Shown here: piece by piece, positions 24,764 through 38,467 of the stretch | Layout: every line of letters begins with the position of its first letter | Numbering within the stretch: position 1 is the stretch's first letter | Assembly: GCF_006345805.1 (NCBI RefSeq) | Contig: NC_043012.1 | Span: forward strand, 14,756,001 to 14,820,000 | Length of the DNA stretch: 64,000 nt | Source of the DNA: Octopus sinensis | Lineage: Eukaryota | Reading direction: 5' to 3' | Position numbers and translations under genes: made by a program | The notes under the pieces: generated by a model | What the model saw: the letters and a program-made list of their open reading frames with translations, nothing else | Told to the model about the DNA's origin: nothing | Databases searched by the model: none

Positions 24764-25668
24764 CTCCTTCATTATCATATTTCTTTTGAGATGCATTGTC
24801 TTTATTCCATTTAATTTGAAAATAATGAGCAAATTAGTAGAATAACTTTGTCATTCACAATGTCCTCAGCTACTGTTTGGATCATGGAATAATATGAAAT
24901 TTTAATAAAAGGTTTTAATTTAGATCACTCTAAACTGGAAGTTTATGTCATAGAACCAGGAGCCGTCTCAGGTGGGTTGGTATCAAAAGGGTTGACCATT
25001 TAGCATTTGAGCCAGCCAAGTCCAGCTGTTTTATGCTGAAACCTGCTAGATCAGGCCTCTCACAACTACCCTGCAATGTCTATCTAAAAATAAATATCAT
25101 TTTTTAACGTCTGCCTTCCATGATGGCATGGGTTGGACAGTTTGACATGGGATGGCCATACAGAAGACTGCACCAGAATTCTGTGTCCGTTTTTACAGCT
25201 GAATACCTTTTTAACATCAACCATCTCACAAAGTGAACTGGGCGCCTTTTTTTTTATGTAGCATCAGCACAGGTGAGTTTTGGTATGGTTTTTACAGCTG
25301 GAAGCCCTTCCAAATGCCAACGATTTTGCAGTGTAGACTGGATACTTTTTTACATAGCACCAACACTGGCAACGTCACCAAGTAACTTGCAAGACAAGGG
25401 GCTTTTGAGAAGGGAGGGGGCATTGGAGGAGGTGATCTTGCGTCAGATGATGAACGGTTAGAGTGTGACAGAGAGGCAGGTGTCATTCTGTAGAGGATTT
25501 ACATGGTTACCTGGCCAGAGGGAGACAGAGATAATAAGAATGAGGACGGAAACAGGTGTGCAATCACCTGATATTAATCTTGAAGCTACAAGATAAGTAC
25601 ATGATTAATTGAAAGCGATGTAAATAAATAAGCATCACATTTAATAAAATAATCTGAATGCCAAAGGG
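24764..25668. mobile_element. Two abutting piggyBac-type MITEs (24764-24991 family 1; 24996-25668 family 2 with nested SINE pieces)
   Basis: ...tcaaaaggg|ttga|ccatttagca... shared site; right end ccaaaggg|ttaa. Confidence 0.65.
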
Positions 25669-25679
25669 TTAAACAGTTC

Positions 25680-26005
25680 ATCATCATCATCATCATCGTT
25701 TAGCGTCCGCTTTTCATGCTAGCATGGGTTGGACGGTTCGACTGGGGTCTGGGAAGCCAGGAGGCTGCTCCAGGCTCCAGTCTGATCTGGCAATGTTTCT
25801 ACAGCTGGATGCCCTTCCTAACACCAACCACTCCGCGAGTGTAGTGGGTGCTTTTATGTGCCACCGGCACAGGTGCCAGGTGAGGCTGGCAGGTGAGGCC
25901 ATGATCGGTTGGTGCTTTTTACATGCCACCGGCACGGAGAACAGTTGAGGTGGCGCTGGCAGCAGCCACATTCGTATTGGTTCTTTTACGTGTCACCAGC
26001 ACGTA
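25680..26005 (-). mobile_element. (ATG)n-tailed SINE family C
   Basis: (cat)n-cgtttagcgtccgc...; gtgccaccggcac modules. Confidence 0.85.
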
Positions 26006-26559
26006 AACAGTTATAAGAAATATTTGAAAGTTATATATAATTATATTTACTTCTGTCCCTATTTTCAACCTCCCTCCTCCTAACTAAATCAACTTGCAGC
26101 TATCATCTATTCTTGCATCTATCGCTTAATATTCCACAAAGATCATCACACTTTTGCACATTTGGAATATTTCCAAGATTTTAACAGCTAAACTCTCAGG
26201 TAGACCTAAACCCAGCAGGGAGCTAACCAATTCTTGCTCTTAATTCTTTAAATTTCCTCTTCATCACCTTTATACCCCTTTGATATTTAAACTCAATCGT
26301 CACCCCATTGTCTTGAATGACAGACCATTATGTTGCCATGGTACCCATAACCCACAACTTTGCACTTCCCATCGTCCCTTCTTTTCCTTTTGCTTTTCTC
26401 TTGTTCTACATGTCCTTCCATTGACTGCCTCTCTCAATTCCAGTGGTTCTCAACCATTATTTGCCATGGACCTCTTTGATTCCTACTTTATTCTACTGGA
26501 CCCTCATAATCATTTGAAGTTTTAAGAAAAAAACACATTTTTGTAACTAAATATTATTG

Positions 26560-26880
26560 GGTCGAGGTGCAATGGTCCAGTGGTTAGGGCAGCGGACTCG
26601 CGGTCGGAGGATCACGGTTTCGATTCCCAGACCGGGCGTTGTGTGTGTTTATTGAGCGAAAACACCTAAAGCTCCACGAGGCTCCAGCAGGGGGTGGTGG
26701 CGACCCCTGTTGGACTCTTTTGCCCCAACTTTCTCTCACTCTTTCTTCCTGTTTCTTGAGTAATGCTGTGAAGGACTGGCGTCCCGTCCAGCTGGGGGAT
26801 CACATACACTATAGAAACTGGGAAACCGGGCCCATGAGCCTGGCTAGGCTTGAAAAGGGCAAAGAAAAAAAAGAAAAGAA
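26560..26880 (+). mobile_element. tRNA-head SINE with A-rich tail, nested in a hAT-like MITE starting at 26441
   Basis: tggtccagtggttagggcagcggactcgcgg...ggtttcgattccc (A/B boxes); aaatattattgg repeated on both sides (TSD-like). Confidence 0.75.
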
Positions 26881-28691
26881 ATATTATTGGAACTTGTATA
26901 AAGAAATTAAATATTTTGTGTATTGTTGGAGTAAAACTGATTTATTGCACTCTAAGCTCTATATCTGCTGCCTATTCTATTAATCTATCTCCCCCTATCA
27001 GCTAGGGTTTCATATTTTACTTACATTTCTGATAATATATATATATATATATTATTAGAAGATTCATTAGCTAAAGCCTCATTCCTTTCAGAAGATTGAG
27101 TGAGTTGTTTGTATGATTTAAACTTTTGTTATTTCATTAACACCACTCGGTTTCATGTAGAAGTACACACAATGCACATTATTGCACTGTACACTAAACA
27201 CCAGAAAACAGTTGTAAAGGATTACCTGCATTCTCCCTATCATGTGAAGTTCAAGGAGTAAATGCCAGGATTTTTACCTACCTGTCCAGGATGAACCTTT
27301 ACAAAATACCACTTGCATCCTTTTGTCTGTGACATTAGAGTTATGAATGTTCTTGCCATAAACCTACCGTTGAAGAATTACTGTGAACTTCAACTTCTCC
27401 AATCTTACAGTTTTTCTGCTTAGTTGCACTCACTTCTGTAAAACTATTTCATACGTGATTTGATGCCTTTTGCAACAACCTATCCATCTTTATTTTATTA
27501 TAGATAGCGAAATGGTATTGAGCTGGCAGAATAATGGTATTGAGCTGGCACATCAGACAAAATATTCAGTTGCATTTCTTCTGACACATTACATTCTGAG
27601 TTCAAATTCTGCCAAGGTTGATTATGTTTTTCCACCCTTTTGCAGTCGATAAAATAAGTACCAGTCGAGCATTGTAGTCGATATATTTAACTTACCCCAC
27701 CCCACAAAAAACTGCTGGCCTTATATCAAAATTTGAAAAGCAGCAAGCCAACAGAACCATTAGCAACAGAACCATTGGCAGCAGACAAATTCTTAGTATT
27801 TCTTCCTGTTATACATTCAGAATTCAAATGTTGCCAAGGTCAACTTTACTTTTTACCCTTTCAGGGTCAATAAAATAAGTTCTAATTCAGCACTGGGGTT
27901 GGTGTAATTGGCTTCCCACTCCCCTCAGAATTGCTGGCCTTGTGCCAAAATTAGAAAGGATTTATTCATAGTAAAATGTGAAAGAAGTACTTTGGTTTGT
28001 TCTCACTGCTCTACATGAGCAATGTTTCCTTCATTTCTTTCAAATTGTAATCGCTCTAATAATATTACTTTGTTATCGAAAGTTAGACTGGAGAAGTTAC
28101 AAAGAAATTCATCTACGTTTAACCGTTTAGCATTTGAACAGGTCATATCTGGCCAAAAAATATTCTGCTTCTTGTGTGTTCAAACTAGTTAGATCCAACA
28201 TCTCACAACTACCCTACAATGGATAGCTTTTAAAAATAAAGAAGCACATCATTGAAATCTTGAAACCGTAAGATCATGCATGATTAATTCAAAACAGTGT
28301 TAATAAATATAGGCGCAGGTTTTGTTTTCTTTTGTGTCCTCTTAATGTTCCACAACTTTATGGTTTAACCAAACCTCTTTGTGTATGTTTAATTATATTT
28401 AAATTCTATTTAATATGCCTTGCTGAATTTTTTTTATCAGTGTTTTTCTTACGTAAGGAATTTTTACTTCAGCCCCAAAACATAATTGTAAATTTTTGTC
28501 AAGCATTTTACAAATTAGACACACGAAAATGAATTGAAGTATTCATATATGTTTTCTTTAGGATTTAATTTTAGGTGTTTTTTTGTCATTTAGAGAATTC
28601 AAGCTGGTCCCTAACCAAGTGGCAGTGATCTTTTGTTTCAGTTAAGACGAGTGTTGGATGTTTGTGGTCTCCTGAATCAGTTGATGTGTGA

Positions 28692-28753
<62 letters not shown>

Positions 28754-30694
28754 GTTTGTGCTAATGGATAACTTGTATTTGTGTGATGGATATGCCCTTT
28801 AATTTAGTATACAAGTGTCTATGCTCCATACTTTTACCCTCTTTAGAATAAAAGTGTTTGTGCTTCACTTATATGTGTGTGTGTGTTTATGCATTCTACA
28901 TGTGTGTGTGTGCGTATGCCTAGCTCAGGAAATTCACAGGGGAGAGGGTCTCTGGAGCATTTTATATACTTTACATATGCTTAGCATGAAAAGCTAGCAT
29001 TGACAATCTCTGGAACATTTTGCACCATATGCATGCATGCATGTATGTATGCATGTATGTATGCATATATTCAATTTCAGAATCTGTTTATCTGTATTCA
29101 TCTCCTGGGAATTTAACAAAAGCTGCCTATTGTAATGAGAAAGTGTATGGACTGTTAAAGTGTGTATCCTGTTAAACACAAGTCCTTTTGTCTAGAATTT
29201 TTGTTCACAAACACAGGTTTCTATTTATGTGTGTACATGTTAGATATATGGCTTGTGTGTAGGTCAGTGGTTCACTACCACTCTTTGCCTAGGGACCCCT
29301 TCTCTACAGGACCTCTATAGCTATTCAATGTATCTTTTATTTGTTTCAGTCATTAGACTGCAGCCGTTGCTGGGGCAAAGCCTTGAGGAATTTTTACTCA
29401 AACTGATCGACCCCAGTACTTATTCTATTGTTCTTTTTTGCCAAACTGCTAAGTTACAGGAACACAAAAACACCAACACCATTTGTCAAATGGCAGTGGG
29501 GGGAGCACAAACACACACACACATGATAGGCTTCTTTCAGTTTCCATCTACCCAAGGCTATAGTAGAAGACACTTGCCCAAGGTGACATACAGTGGAAGA
29601 GAACCCAGAACCATGTGGTTGGCAAGCAAGCCTCTTACCACTCAGCCATGCCTACCCCTAAAACAGGGATCGAAGTATATTGTTGTTGTTGTTGAATGGA
29701 GATCAACCCAGATTTATCACACTGACCCGTAATCAAACATCACTGTACCTATGATCACACTGCATTCCAGCCCCCCCCCACTCTGCGATAGTCTACCCTC
29801 CATGGGTAAAATTATCCATCATCATTTAACATGTAGCTTCCTTACTGGCATTGATCCAGTGAGCTGCAGGTTTGCTTTAAGCTCAGATGTCAGCTTTGAC
29901 ATGGTTTCTGTGGCTGGATGCCCCCCACCCCACCCTAATGCCAACTATTTTAGAGAATGTACTATCTTCATGATATTTTTGATATCTGCTCCATCAATGC
30001 TGGTATCATTTGGATGAGTCATCTTGAGGCAGTTATTCTATAGTCAAATGCTCTTCCAGATAACAGCTTTTGTTTTCAAGGGTTGAAAAGGATGTTATTG
30101 CTTTGGTCTTTGCACGAGCTGCCAGATATATTGTTTATGTAGGACCTAAACAACATCACTCCTACCCACACACATGTATTCAATGGAATTTGAACTCAGA
30201 ACATAACATGTCAGAGCAAATGCCACTAGGAATTTTTTCAGATGTTCTAACTATTTTGCCACTCACCACCTTAATATCGGTTTCAAATTTTGGCACAAGG
30301 CAAGCAGTTTCAGGGGACAGAGTGAGTTGATTACTTTGACCCCAGTGCTCAACTGGTGCTTATTTTATTGATCACAAAAGAATGGAAATCAAAATCAGCC
30401 TCGGCAGAATTTGAACTCAGAACATAGAGAGTTCACTGCAACCTATTTATCAGTTTTACTACGTAATAGGAATCTTGCCAATTCAAATCTAAGGCAGCCC
30501 CCTTGGAATCTCTTTGGTCAGACGTGTGTGTGTGTATATACACTTTTTTCAGCTTATCAAATTTCTATGCCAATAAACTATTATTGTTCCTGAAAGTTGT
30601 TTTTTTATACCTTCTACAGACTGCTAACTTTCTACACCTGGATCCTTGGACTTTACATTTACATATCATCATATATATATATATATATATATAT

Positions 30695-30869
30695 AGATCG
30701 TTAGCCACTACACACATTTTTTTCTCTCCTTGTGTTTTCTGTGTCTCTTTCTGCAGAAGAGCATAGGCTCGAAACGTAAAAGACTTTTTCTATTCCTGAG
30801 CGTTATATTAATACATCTGTTTGTTTTGTACACCACCTGTCTTCGTCTTTTGTTTTTTTCATAAACTCT

Positions 30870-30872
<3 letters not shown>
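30695..30872 (+). mobile_element. About 180-bp HHR element (family D) in (TA)n; HHR at 30746-30783
   Basis: tcttt-CTGCAGA-a-gagc(atag)gctc-GAAA-cg-TA-aaaga; copies at 38900-39080 and 43466-43624. Confidence 0.75.
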
Positions 30873-30903
<31 letters not shown>

Positions 30904-30911
<8 letters not shown>

Positions 30912-31680
30912 ATGAGGGTGTCTAAAAGACACCAACATGCCGAAATAGCAGTCGAAACTCTGACTATAAAACCACGTTAAATGTTCATATCGCACCATGA
31001 GGTAAAGCGGAGGGACAAAACATACAAGCAAAAATTATTGAATAATTCAAGATCCAAGGATTTCTGGTTCTGCTTTAAATAAGCTTTACCGTCATCAATT
31101 GAATATATCAAGGGTACATAAATACAGATATATATATGCACAGCAAACGATATACTTACATATACGAGCGCCGTACATACATACATATGCACGTATGGAC
31201 ACAGCCAGTTTGAATTGCCCGCCAAATCACTGCATAATTACGATATGGTTAAAATAAGCACCGCAGTGAATATAATAACGAATTATATAAATTTATATAT
31301 GAGGATAATATCGGTATTTAAGTGTCGAAATTATCAAGTGGCCAGCATGAAAGGAATACCTTACAAAGGTAAAAAAATTTTTTAACAATTAAAAATGAGG
31401 GTGTCTAAAAGACACCAACATGCCGAAATAGCAGTCGAAACTCTGACTATAAAACCACGTTAAATGTTCATATCGCACCATGAGGTAAAGCGGAGGGACA
31501 AAACATACAAGCAAAAATTATTGAATAATTCAAGATCCAAGGATTTCTGGTTCTGCTTTAAATAAGCTTTACCGTCATCAATTGAATATATCAAGGGTAC
31601 ATAAATACAGATATATATATGCACAGCAAACGATATACTTACATATACGAGCGCCGTACATACATACATATGCACGTATA
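30904..31680 (-). mobile_element. 1.6-unit tandem repeat (483-bp period) with one HHR per unit, flanked by (TA)n; retrozyme or PLE pLTR-like
   Basis: 30904-31197 repeated essentially identically from 31387; HHRs at 31045-31104 and 31528-31587 on the minus strand. Confidence 0.8.
31045..31104 (-). ncRNA. Type I hammerhead ribozyme (U3.G8 core), copy 1; identical copy at 31528-31587
   Basis: Reverse complement attcaa-TTGATGA-cggt...acca-GAAA-tcc(tt)gga-TC-ttgaat: 6-bp stem I, AUC cleavage triplet. Confidence 0.7.
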
Positions 31681-31986
31681 TATAAATTTATATATATATA
31701 TACACATATATTGGTGTGTATTACTATCTCCTTGTCTTGACTGTGTGATAGTTGTTGTAAACGGGTGTCGGTCATGGGGAAATATTACCTTATTTGGAAA
31801 AAGGTGGGGTTGGCACCAGGGAGGACATCTGGCCCTAGAAAAATCAACCTCAACAAATTCCATCAGACCCATGTGAGCATTGAAAAGGCTAAATGAAAAC
31901 AAAATGGTGGTGGTGGTGGCGGCGGCGGCGGCAGTTGTGGTGTTGGTGATGTTGGCAGTGGTGAATTGTGTTAGATATGTCTAGCT

Positions 31987-32171
31987 CAGGGGTCTCCAAA
32001 GTGGTCAATATTGAACACCTGGGGGTCAATGGCACTATTCAAGGGGTCAGTAAATGCACATCTACTTATTGTTATTATTATTAATTTATTTTCTTGCACA
32101 TGCCTGGGGGTCGATTAGGGGTCAAGGATTCTATGAAGGGGTTAATGGTCTCAAAAGTTTGGGGACCCCTG
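31987..32171. mobile_element. hAT (Charlie-like) MITE with 8-bp TSD GTCTAGCT
   Basis: gtctagct|caggggtctccaaa ... tttggggacccctg|gtctagct. Confidence 0.9.
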
Positions 32172-32679
32172 GTCTAGCTAAACCACAGAATGGTATGTAG
32201 CCTTTGCTCTTGTATCTGCTTCCCCAGTAATTAATAAATTGTAATAGTTGTGTCATTGTTTCTGTTGGTGTACAGTAAGCGACCAACCTGTCCTTCCTCG
32301 CCACCACCTTTTTGCTTTGTCATTATATGACTTCCTATTAGCAACCTTTTTTACCTGCTTACAACCCACCCCTTCTCTTCTCTTTCAACACCTTGCCCTC
32401 CTGCCCACACACACTTGCACACATTCTTTAGATCTGCGTTTCTGGCTTTTTTTTTGTTTTTAATTTTTACTTGTTTTCTTCTTTTGGTCATTGGACTGAG
32501 GCCATGCTGGGGCACTGTCTTCAACAGTTTAGTCTACCTCATTGACCTTAGTATTTTTTTTTCTTTATCTTAAGTCTGGTATTTCTTCTATCAGTTTGTA
32601 TTTGTCAAACATCACTGCTTACTAAGTGGTAAACATTGACAGGTAAATATAAACACACAAACACATGTATACACACATA

Positions 32680-33568
32680 CCGTAAATCCTCGAGTATAGT
32701 CTGCCCTTGAGTATAATGCACAGGGGATTTTTAGGGAGATGTACCTCTGAAAAACCTACACCTTGTGTATAATACGCACCCCTTCTCTAACTTGAGTCAA
32801 GGAGGTCTATATACCATCCTTAGTTTGTAAAACTGTATACGGTAATGTCCTTTATTATTATTGTATATATAAAAAAAGGCGCAGGAGTGGCTGTGTGGTA
32901 AGTAGCTTGCTAACCAACCACATTGTTCCGGGTTCAGTCCCACTGCGTGGCATCTTGGGCAAGTGTCTTCTGCTATAGCCCCGGGCCGACCAATGCCTTG
33001 TGAGTGGATTTGGTAGACGGAAACTGAAAGAAGCCTGTCGTATATATGTATATATATATATGTGTGTGTGTTTGTGTGTCTGTGTTTGTCCCCCTAGCAT
33101 TGTTTGACAACCGATGCTGGTGTGTTTACGTCCCCGTCACTTAGCGGTTCGGCAAGAGACCGATAGAATAAGTACTAGGCTTACAAAGAATAAGACCCGG
33201 GGTCGAATTGCTCAACTAAAGGCGGTGCTCCAGCATGGCTGCAGTCAAATGACTGAAACAAGTAAAAGAGTAAAAGAGTAACATAATGCAAATGTGTAGC
33301 TTTTTTGTTCATTTTGTTTGCAGAAAATAAAGAAATAACAGTAATAACGTTTAATAAATGTTGCTTACTACAAGTTATGGATGAATTAAGGTATTTTCGC
33401 GCCCAACATCACAAAATGCGTCTGAATAAACATTGCCGGACAGCAAATAGAGACTCAGACATTGCTTAGAAAATAATTCTCATTTTTAACCTCGTATATA
33501 GTACACACTAGGGATTTTGACCTTTAAATTTTGGGGGAAAAGTGCGGATTATACTCGAGGATTTACAG
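32680..33568. mobile_element. pogo/Tigger-like MITE with a nested full-length tRNA-head SINE (32878-33280)
   Basis: TIRs ccgtaaatcctcgagtata / tatactcgaggatttacag with TA TSD; colinear with 7080-7592 apart from the SINE. Confidence 0.85.
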
Positions 33569-34829
33569 TACATATATACATACATACATGCATGCATGCA
33601 CACATACACATTACATTCATCCTGATCATTTAACAGCCATCATGCTGGCATGAGTTGGACAGTTTGACAGGATCTAACGAACCAGAAGGCTGCATCAAGC
33701 TCCAATGTCTGGTTTGGCATGGTTTCTATGGCTGGATGCCCTTCCTAATGCCAACCACTTTACAGAGTGTATTGTGTGCCTTTTTTTCATGTCACTGACA
33801 TTAATGAAGTCACAAGTAATGTGAGCACACAAAACTGTCTAATTGGTTTAAAGACAGCCCTGAAGGTGTTCACACGTCAGGTGTTGAAGTGATTACAGAG
33901 CAATGTGAGATGAGGTGTTCTGCTCAAGAACACAATGCACCGCCCAGTCTAGGAATTGAAACCACGATTTCATAATCGTGAGTGCAACACCCTAACCACT
34001 ACATCATACATCCTCATATATATGTAATCTATATTAATAAAAGCAAAATTCTCTCTGTCTGTCTGGAACCTCTGTATCTCAGTCTACATTTGCTCTATAT
34101 AGACATATTATACCTTTTTGAAATCTCTGGATTGAAAGTCTGTCCTTCATTTGGTTCTTGAACGTCCAGCATTGGGATCTGATTTAAAAGCATTTGGGTT
34201 GCTATTTCTAGCTTGGCTGATTCATGCCTTCTTGCTTGGTGTTTGTCAGATGTCATCGTAGACCAAGGGAGAGATAAGTGACATTCGCATACGTTGGCCA
34301 ACAGTTGGAATTCGACTTGGGACTGGAACAATAGAATGATTGCATTACAGAATTAATTCTCATCCGTTCTTAACCTCTGATCAAACACCACCAGGGCTTA
34401 TAGTCATTATGGACGTATTATAGTCATGCTGGATAGGAAATCTTGGAGAGTGTTTGTGGATGGATGAGTGAATTTTAATGTTGCTCAAAGTGGCACGGAA
34501 CCAACATGATGCAGTGGGAGTAAACCAGCATATGCTGTCGGGCCCTGCTGCTGATATTGGAGGGGGTTACATTCTATGCCTTGACCCGAGCATAGAACAG
34601 GGCTCGCCCCTTTCAGCAGGGAAATGAATAGAATGCTTGGTGTGTGTCTTGTGGCTACCCATTCCTTAAAAAAAAATGAGTAATAGGCCTGCGTATATGT
34701 ATATGTATGTATCTAGCTCTCTTTAGTTTTGGGTTGCAGGTCCAATTAGCCCTCCACAGGAGTTAGGTTAAAAGCACAGACACCAGCTTTTAAGCTAGTA
34801 TATAATATATACATTATTTAATAGATAAT

Positions 34830-34860
<31 letters not shown>

Positions 34861-36379
34861 TAAGCTCCCATGCAGTTTCTGTTTACACCAAATTTCACTC
34901 ATAAGACATTCGCCATAGTAGAAGACACTTGTCCTGGGTACCACATAGCTGGTATGTAAACATCCTAAGTTCTCAGTCACAACCATGAAATTTACTTGAG
35001 CTCATAGGCTCAGGCAGCCATGTGGTTTCAGGTTCAGTCCTACTGTGCAGCGTCTTAGACAAGTGTCTTTTACTATAGCCCTGGGCCAATCAGCGTCCTG
35101 TGAGTGAATTTGGGAGATGGAAACTGTGTGAAAGCTTGTTCTATGTGTGTGTATATTTATTTATCTATGCTATATATATATATATATATAATATATCATC
35201 GTTATCATCATCATTTAATGTCTATGTTCCATCTTAGCATGTGTTGGAAGGTTTGACAGGGTCTGATGTGTCTGAGGACTGCGTAGTGCTCGAGTGACTT
35301 GGTTTCTATAGCTGCATACCCTTCCTAACACTCACCACTTTACAGCATGGACTGGGTGCTTTTTTTCTGTACCACCAGCACTAGTAAATGGGGAAGGGGT
35401 CAACTTCATGTTAGAGGATGAGGACATTACTGTGAGAAGTTGGGGGTGGTTTGCATGGCTTTTCACATGTAGTAGAGGAAAGGAAAGGGAAAGAGGAAAA
35501 GAGAAAATTAATTGTTGCAGCTGCAAGAGATAGACAGTAGCAATGAGGTGCTGAGGTGGCCCCACGAGGCCCAAGGTGAGTAGGAGTAGGAGGTTTGCGA
35601 GATTGTGTGGGAAGGAAAATGAGGATGTGGGAAGGCAGGCTGCCGAAATGGGTAAAGCTGAGGGGTAAATGAACAAGTTTATGTGTGTGGATGTGTTGTG
35701 TGTGTGTGTGTGTGTGTGTGTGTAAGCCTACATAAAAGACATAAAAACATGTAAATTGTACCTATTTCTCTGTAGATTGAAGAAAATGATGAACAGCCTA
35801 AATCAAGTTTCAACCCTTATTGGAGCTCTCATCAGAGATGTATGTTCATGTGTGTGTGTTTGTTCAACTGAATCCTTCAAGGCAGTGCCCCAGTCTAGCT
35901 ACTTCCGCATGACTGAAGCAAGTAAAAGATAAAAGCTAAGAGGCAATGAGGGAAGCCGCCTTGTGGTTGTTTGGCCTACTAGAAATAACAGTCGGATCAC
36001 CCTCAAATTATAACCTATTGTATTAAAAGAGAAAAAAGCACAATGTAATTATGGTTGGCATGCCTTTAATCATAGCCTCTTTGGTTTGGACTAAAGATGA
36101 AAAGTAACAATAAATATTTCTTTCCTTTTAAAAACTTAAAAATGTAAGAACTTTTATCTTCCCATTCCATTCAAAACTTGCTCAAAATTGGCAAACTTTA
36201 CTCGCAATTCCTGCTTCAAGATTACTCTGACGGTACACTCCACTTTTCACGAAGGAGATGCAATAATTTGGAGGCAAAAATGGAGATGTCAGTCGTAAAT
36301 TGGACTTTTAACATTTTCATCCGTTCTAGGCAATTATATTTAAGTGCAGTTTAATCTTTCTATTGTAAAATGTACTTGC

Positions 36380-36384
36380 TGTAC

Positions 36385-36425
<41 letters not shown>

Positions 36426-36495
36426 TGTGTGTGTGTGTAAATATATTTATATATGCTTTTATATATATATGTATATGTGTGTATGTATGTATATA

Positions 36496-36541
<46 letters not shown>

Positions 36542-36614
36542 TATATACATACATACACACATATATAAAATTAATAATTATGAGTTTGAACTTATCCCAT
36601 TTTTGGTTTCCTTG

Positions 36615-36651
<37 letters not shown>

Positions 36652-36990
36652 CATACATGTATGCATGCATATATACATACATGCATACGTAGGTACATTC
36701 ATGCATACTTAAATACATACATACATAAATGCATGCATACTCAGTTATTCACAGCACATAAAACAAGGATATATCCTTTTTTTCTATCTTTTTCCCTCTC
36801 TCTCCTCTGCATGTGTCATGCATGGATTTGTCTGTATTTGTGTGTGTGTGTGTGTATGTGTACACATATACACATACACTGACATATCTAGCTGTGTCTG
36901 TCCCTCCATCCATCTCTCCCTCCTCTCTCTCTCTGTATATATATTATATATATATAGAAAGAGAGAGAGAGAGATACATAGATATTTATG
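36380..36990. repeat. Compound (TA)n/(CA)n/(CT)n/(TACA)n microsatellite block
   Basis: Direct reading; source of many YI/VC ORFs. Confidence 0.9.
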
Positions 36991-37731
36991 TATCTGTGCA
37001 TGCTTTCATGCATGTGTGGTAGTGTATATATACACACACGCACACACTCACAAGTTTGTTTATAAACTGGTTCCAAGCCCATCCTTGTGCTTCCCTTCTG
37101 CTTATAAACACACACACACACACACTTATCTAGCAACAGACCAAAAACAATCCTTTGGTCTAGAAGTAGACTTATCATATTGGTCACTTGTTTACCAACC
37201 ATTTCACTCTGTGATAAGAATAGTTTTTGTTGTTATATTTTTTGTAGCGCTTTCTCTCTTTGCATTCTGTTATCCTTACATATCCATTATTGTTAAACCA
37301 GTTGATCAGTGTGCTGGTGTAAACAGTTGGACAGTGTTCACATATAGGAGTTTGGCCGTGTGTCGATGTGGTAGTCTTTTGGCTAGTGTATTGGTATTGT
37401 TCACTGAACATCGTGTTAGTGTTTCTGTATGGTAAACACTTCAACTGGATCCCCAATTGGTTGAAGAAGCAACTAGTAAGTTCATATATTTTCTTCTTAC
37501 TGAATTTCTCTTGACTTCGAGTTTTTATATTGACTTCTTTTGACAAGGTATCAACAGGTGTAGACAACAGGTGTGGTTGTGTAGTTAAAGAGTTTGCTTC
37601 CCAACCACATTGTTACAGGTTCAGTCTCACTATGTGGCACTTTAGGCAAGTGTTTTCTACTATAGCCCCAGGCCAACCAAAGCCTTGTGAGTGGGTTTGG
37701 TAGACAGAAATTAAAACAAGCCTGGTCATAT

Positions 37732-37995
37732 ATCATCATCATCATCATCATCATCATCGTTTAACGTCCGCTTTCCGCGCTAGCACGGGTTGGACGGTTT
37801 GACCGGGTCTGGGAAGCCAGGGGCCGCACCAGGCTCCAGTCTGAATCTGGCAGAGTTTCTACGGCTGGATGCCCTTCCTAACGCCAACCACTCCGTGAGT
37901 GGATTGGGTGCTTTTTACGTGCCACCTGCACAGGGGCCGGAGGGTCCGGCATCGTCACGATCGGTTCGAGCATTTTAACGTGTCAGCGGCACATG
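37732..37995 (-). mobile_element. CpG-rich (young) (ATG)n-tailed SINE family C variant
   Basis: (cat)n-cgtttaacgtccgctttccgcgctagcacgggttggacgg... Confidence 0.8.
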
Positions 37996-38120
37996 GGCAA
38001 CGAGGTCCGGGGTACTTTGGGGATCCAGGGTACTTTGGGGATCCGGGGTACTTAGAATGAGTAGGGGGTATGTAGGAATTGCTGCAGAAAGCAGCCCGGG
38101 TCTTTGTAGTCACAGCATTT

Positions 38121-38467
38121 ATCATCACTGAGTAACGTAATTAGGTAGAGGAAGAAATACAGATATTCTAGAGTTGAGTTGGGGAGGGGGAGGTCCAGTT
38201 GAGGCGGGTAATATAGGAGGGCAACCAGTGGGGAAGGTTGGGGTAAGGAGGAACGATGGCAGGAAGGGTTGGTGTAGGTTCCTAAGAAATAAAGACATTC
38301 GTTATCGTCACTGAGTAACGTTATTAGGTAGAGGAAAGAATACAGATATTCGAGAGTTGAGTTGGGGAGAGGGGGGTCCAGTTGAGGCGGGTAATATAGG
38401 GGAGCAACCAGTGGGGAAGGTTGGGGTGGCAGGAAGGGTTGGTGTAGGTTCCTAAGAAATAAAAACA
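38121..38467. repeat. About 183-bp tandem duplication in a G-rich segment
   Basis: atcatcactgagtaacg at 38121 and atcgtcactgagtaacg at 38304. Confidence 0.85.

Noticed and set aside
26560-26640. Possible tRNA gene
   Set aside because: The tRNA-like head continues into a SINE body with an A-rich tail and TSD; no complete acceptor stem seen
36326-37435. Long ORFs rich in YI/VC/TH/SIYL here and at 1667, 4119, 17695, 24450, 40562, 42278 and 46022
   Set aside because: Translations of dinucleotide and tetranucleotide microsatellites
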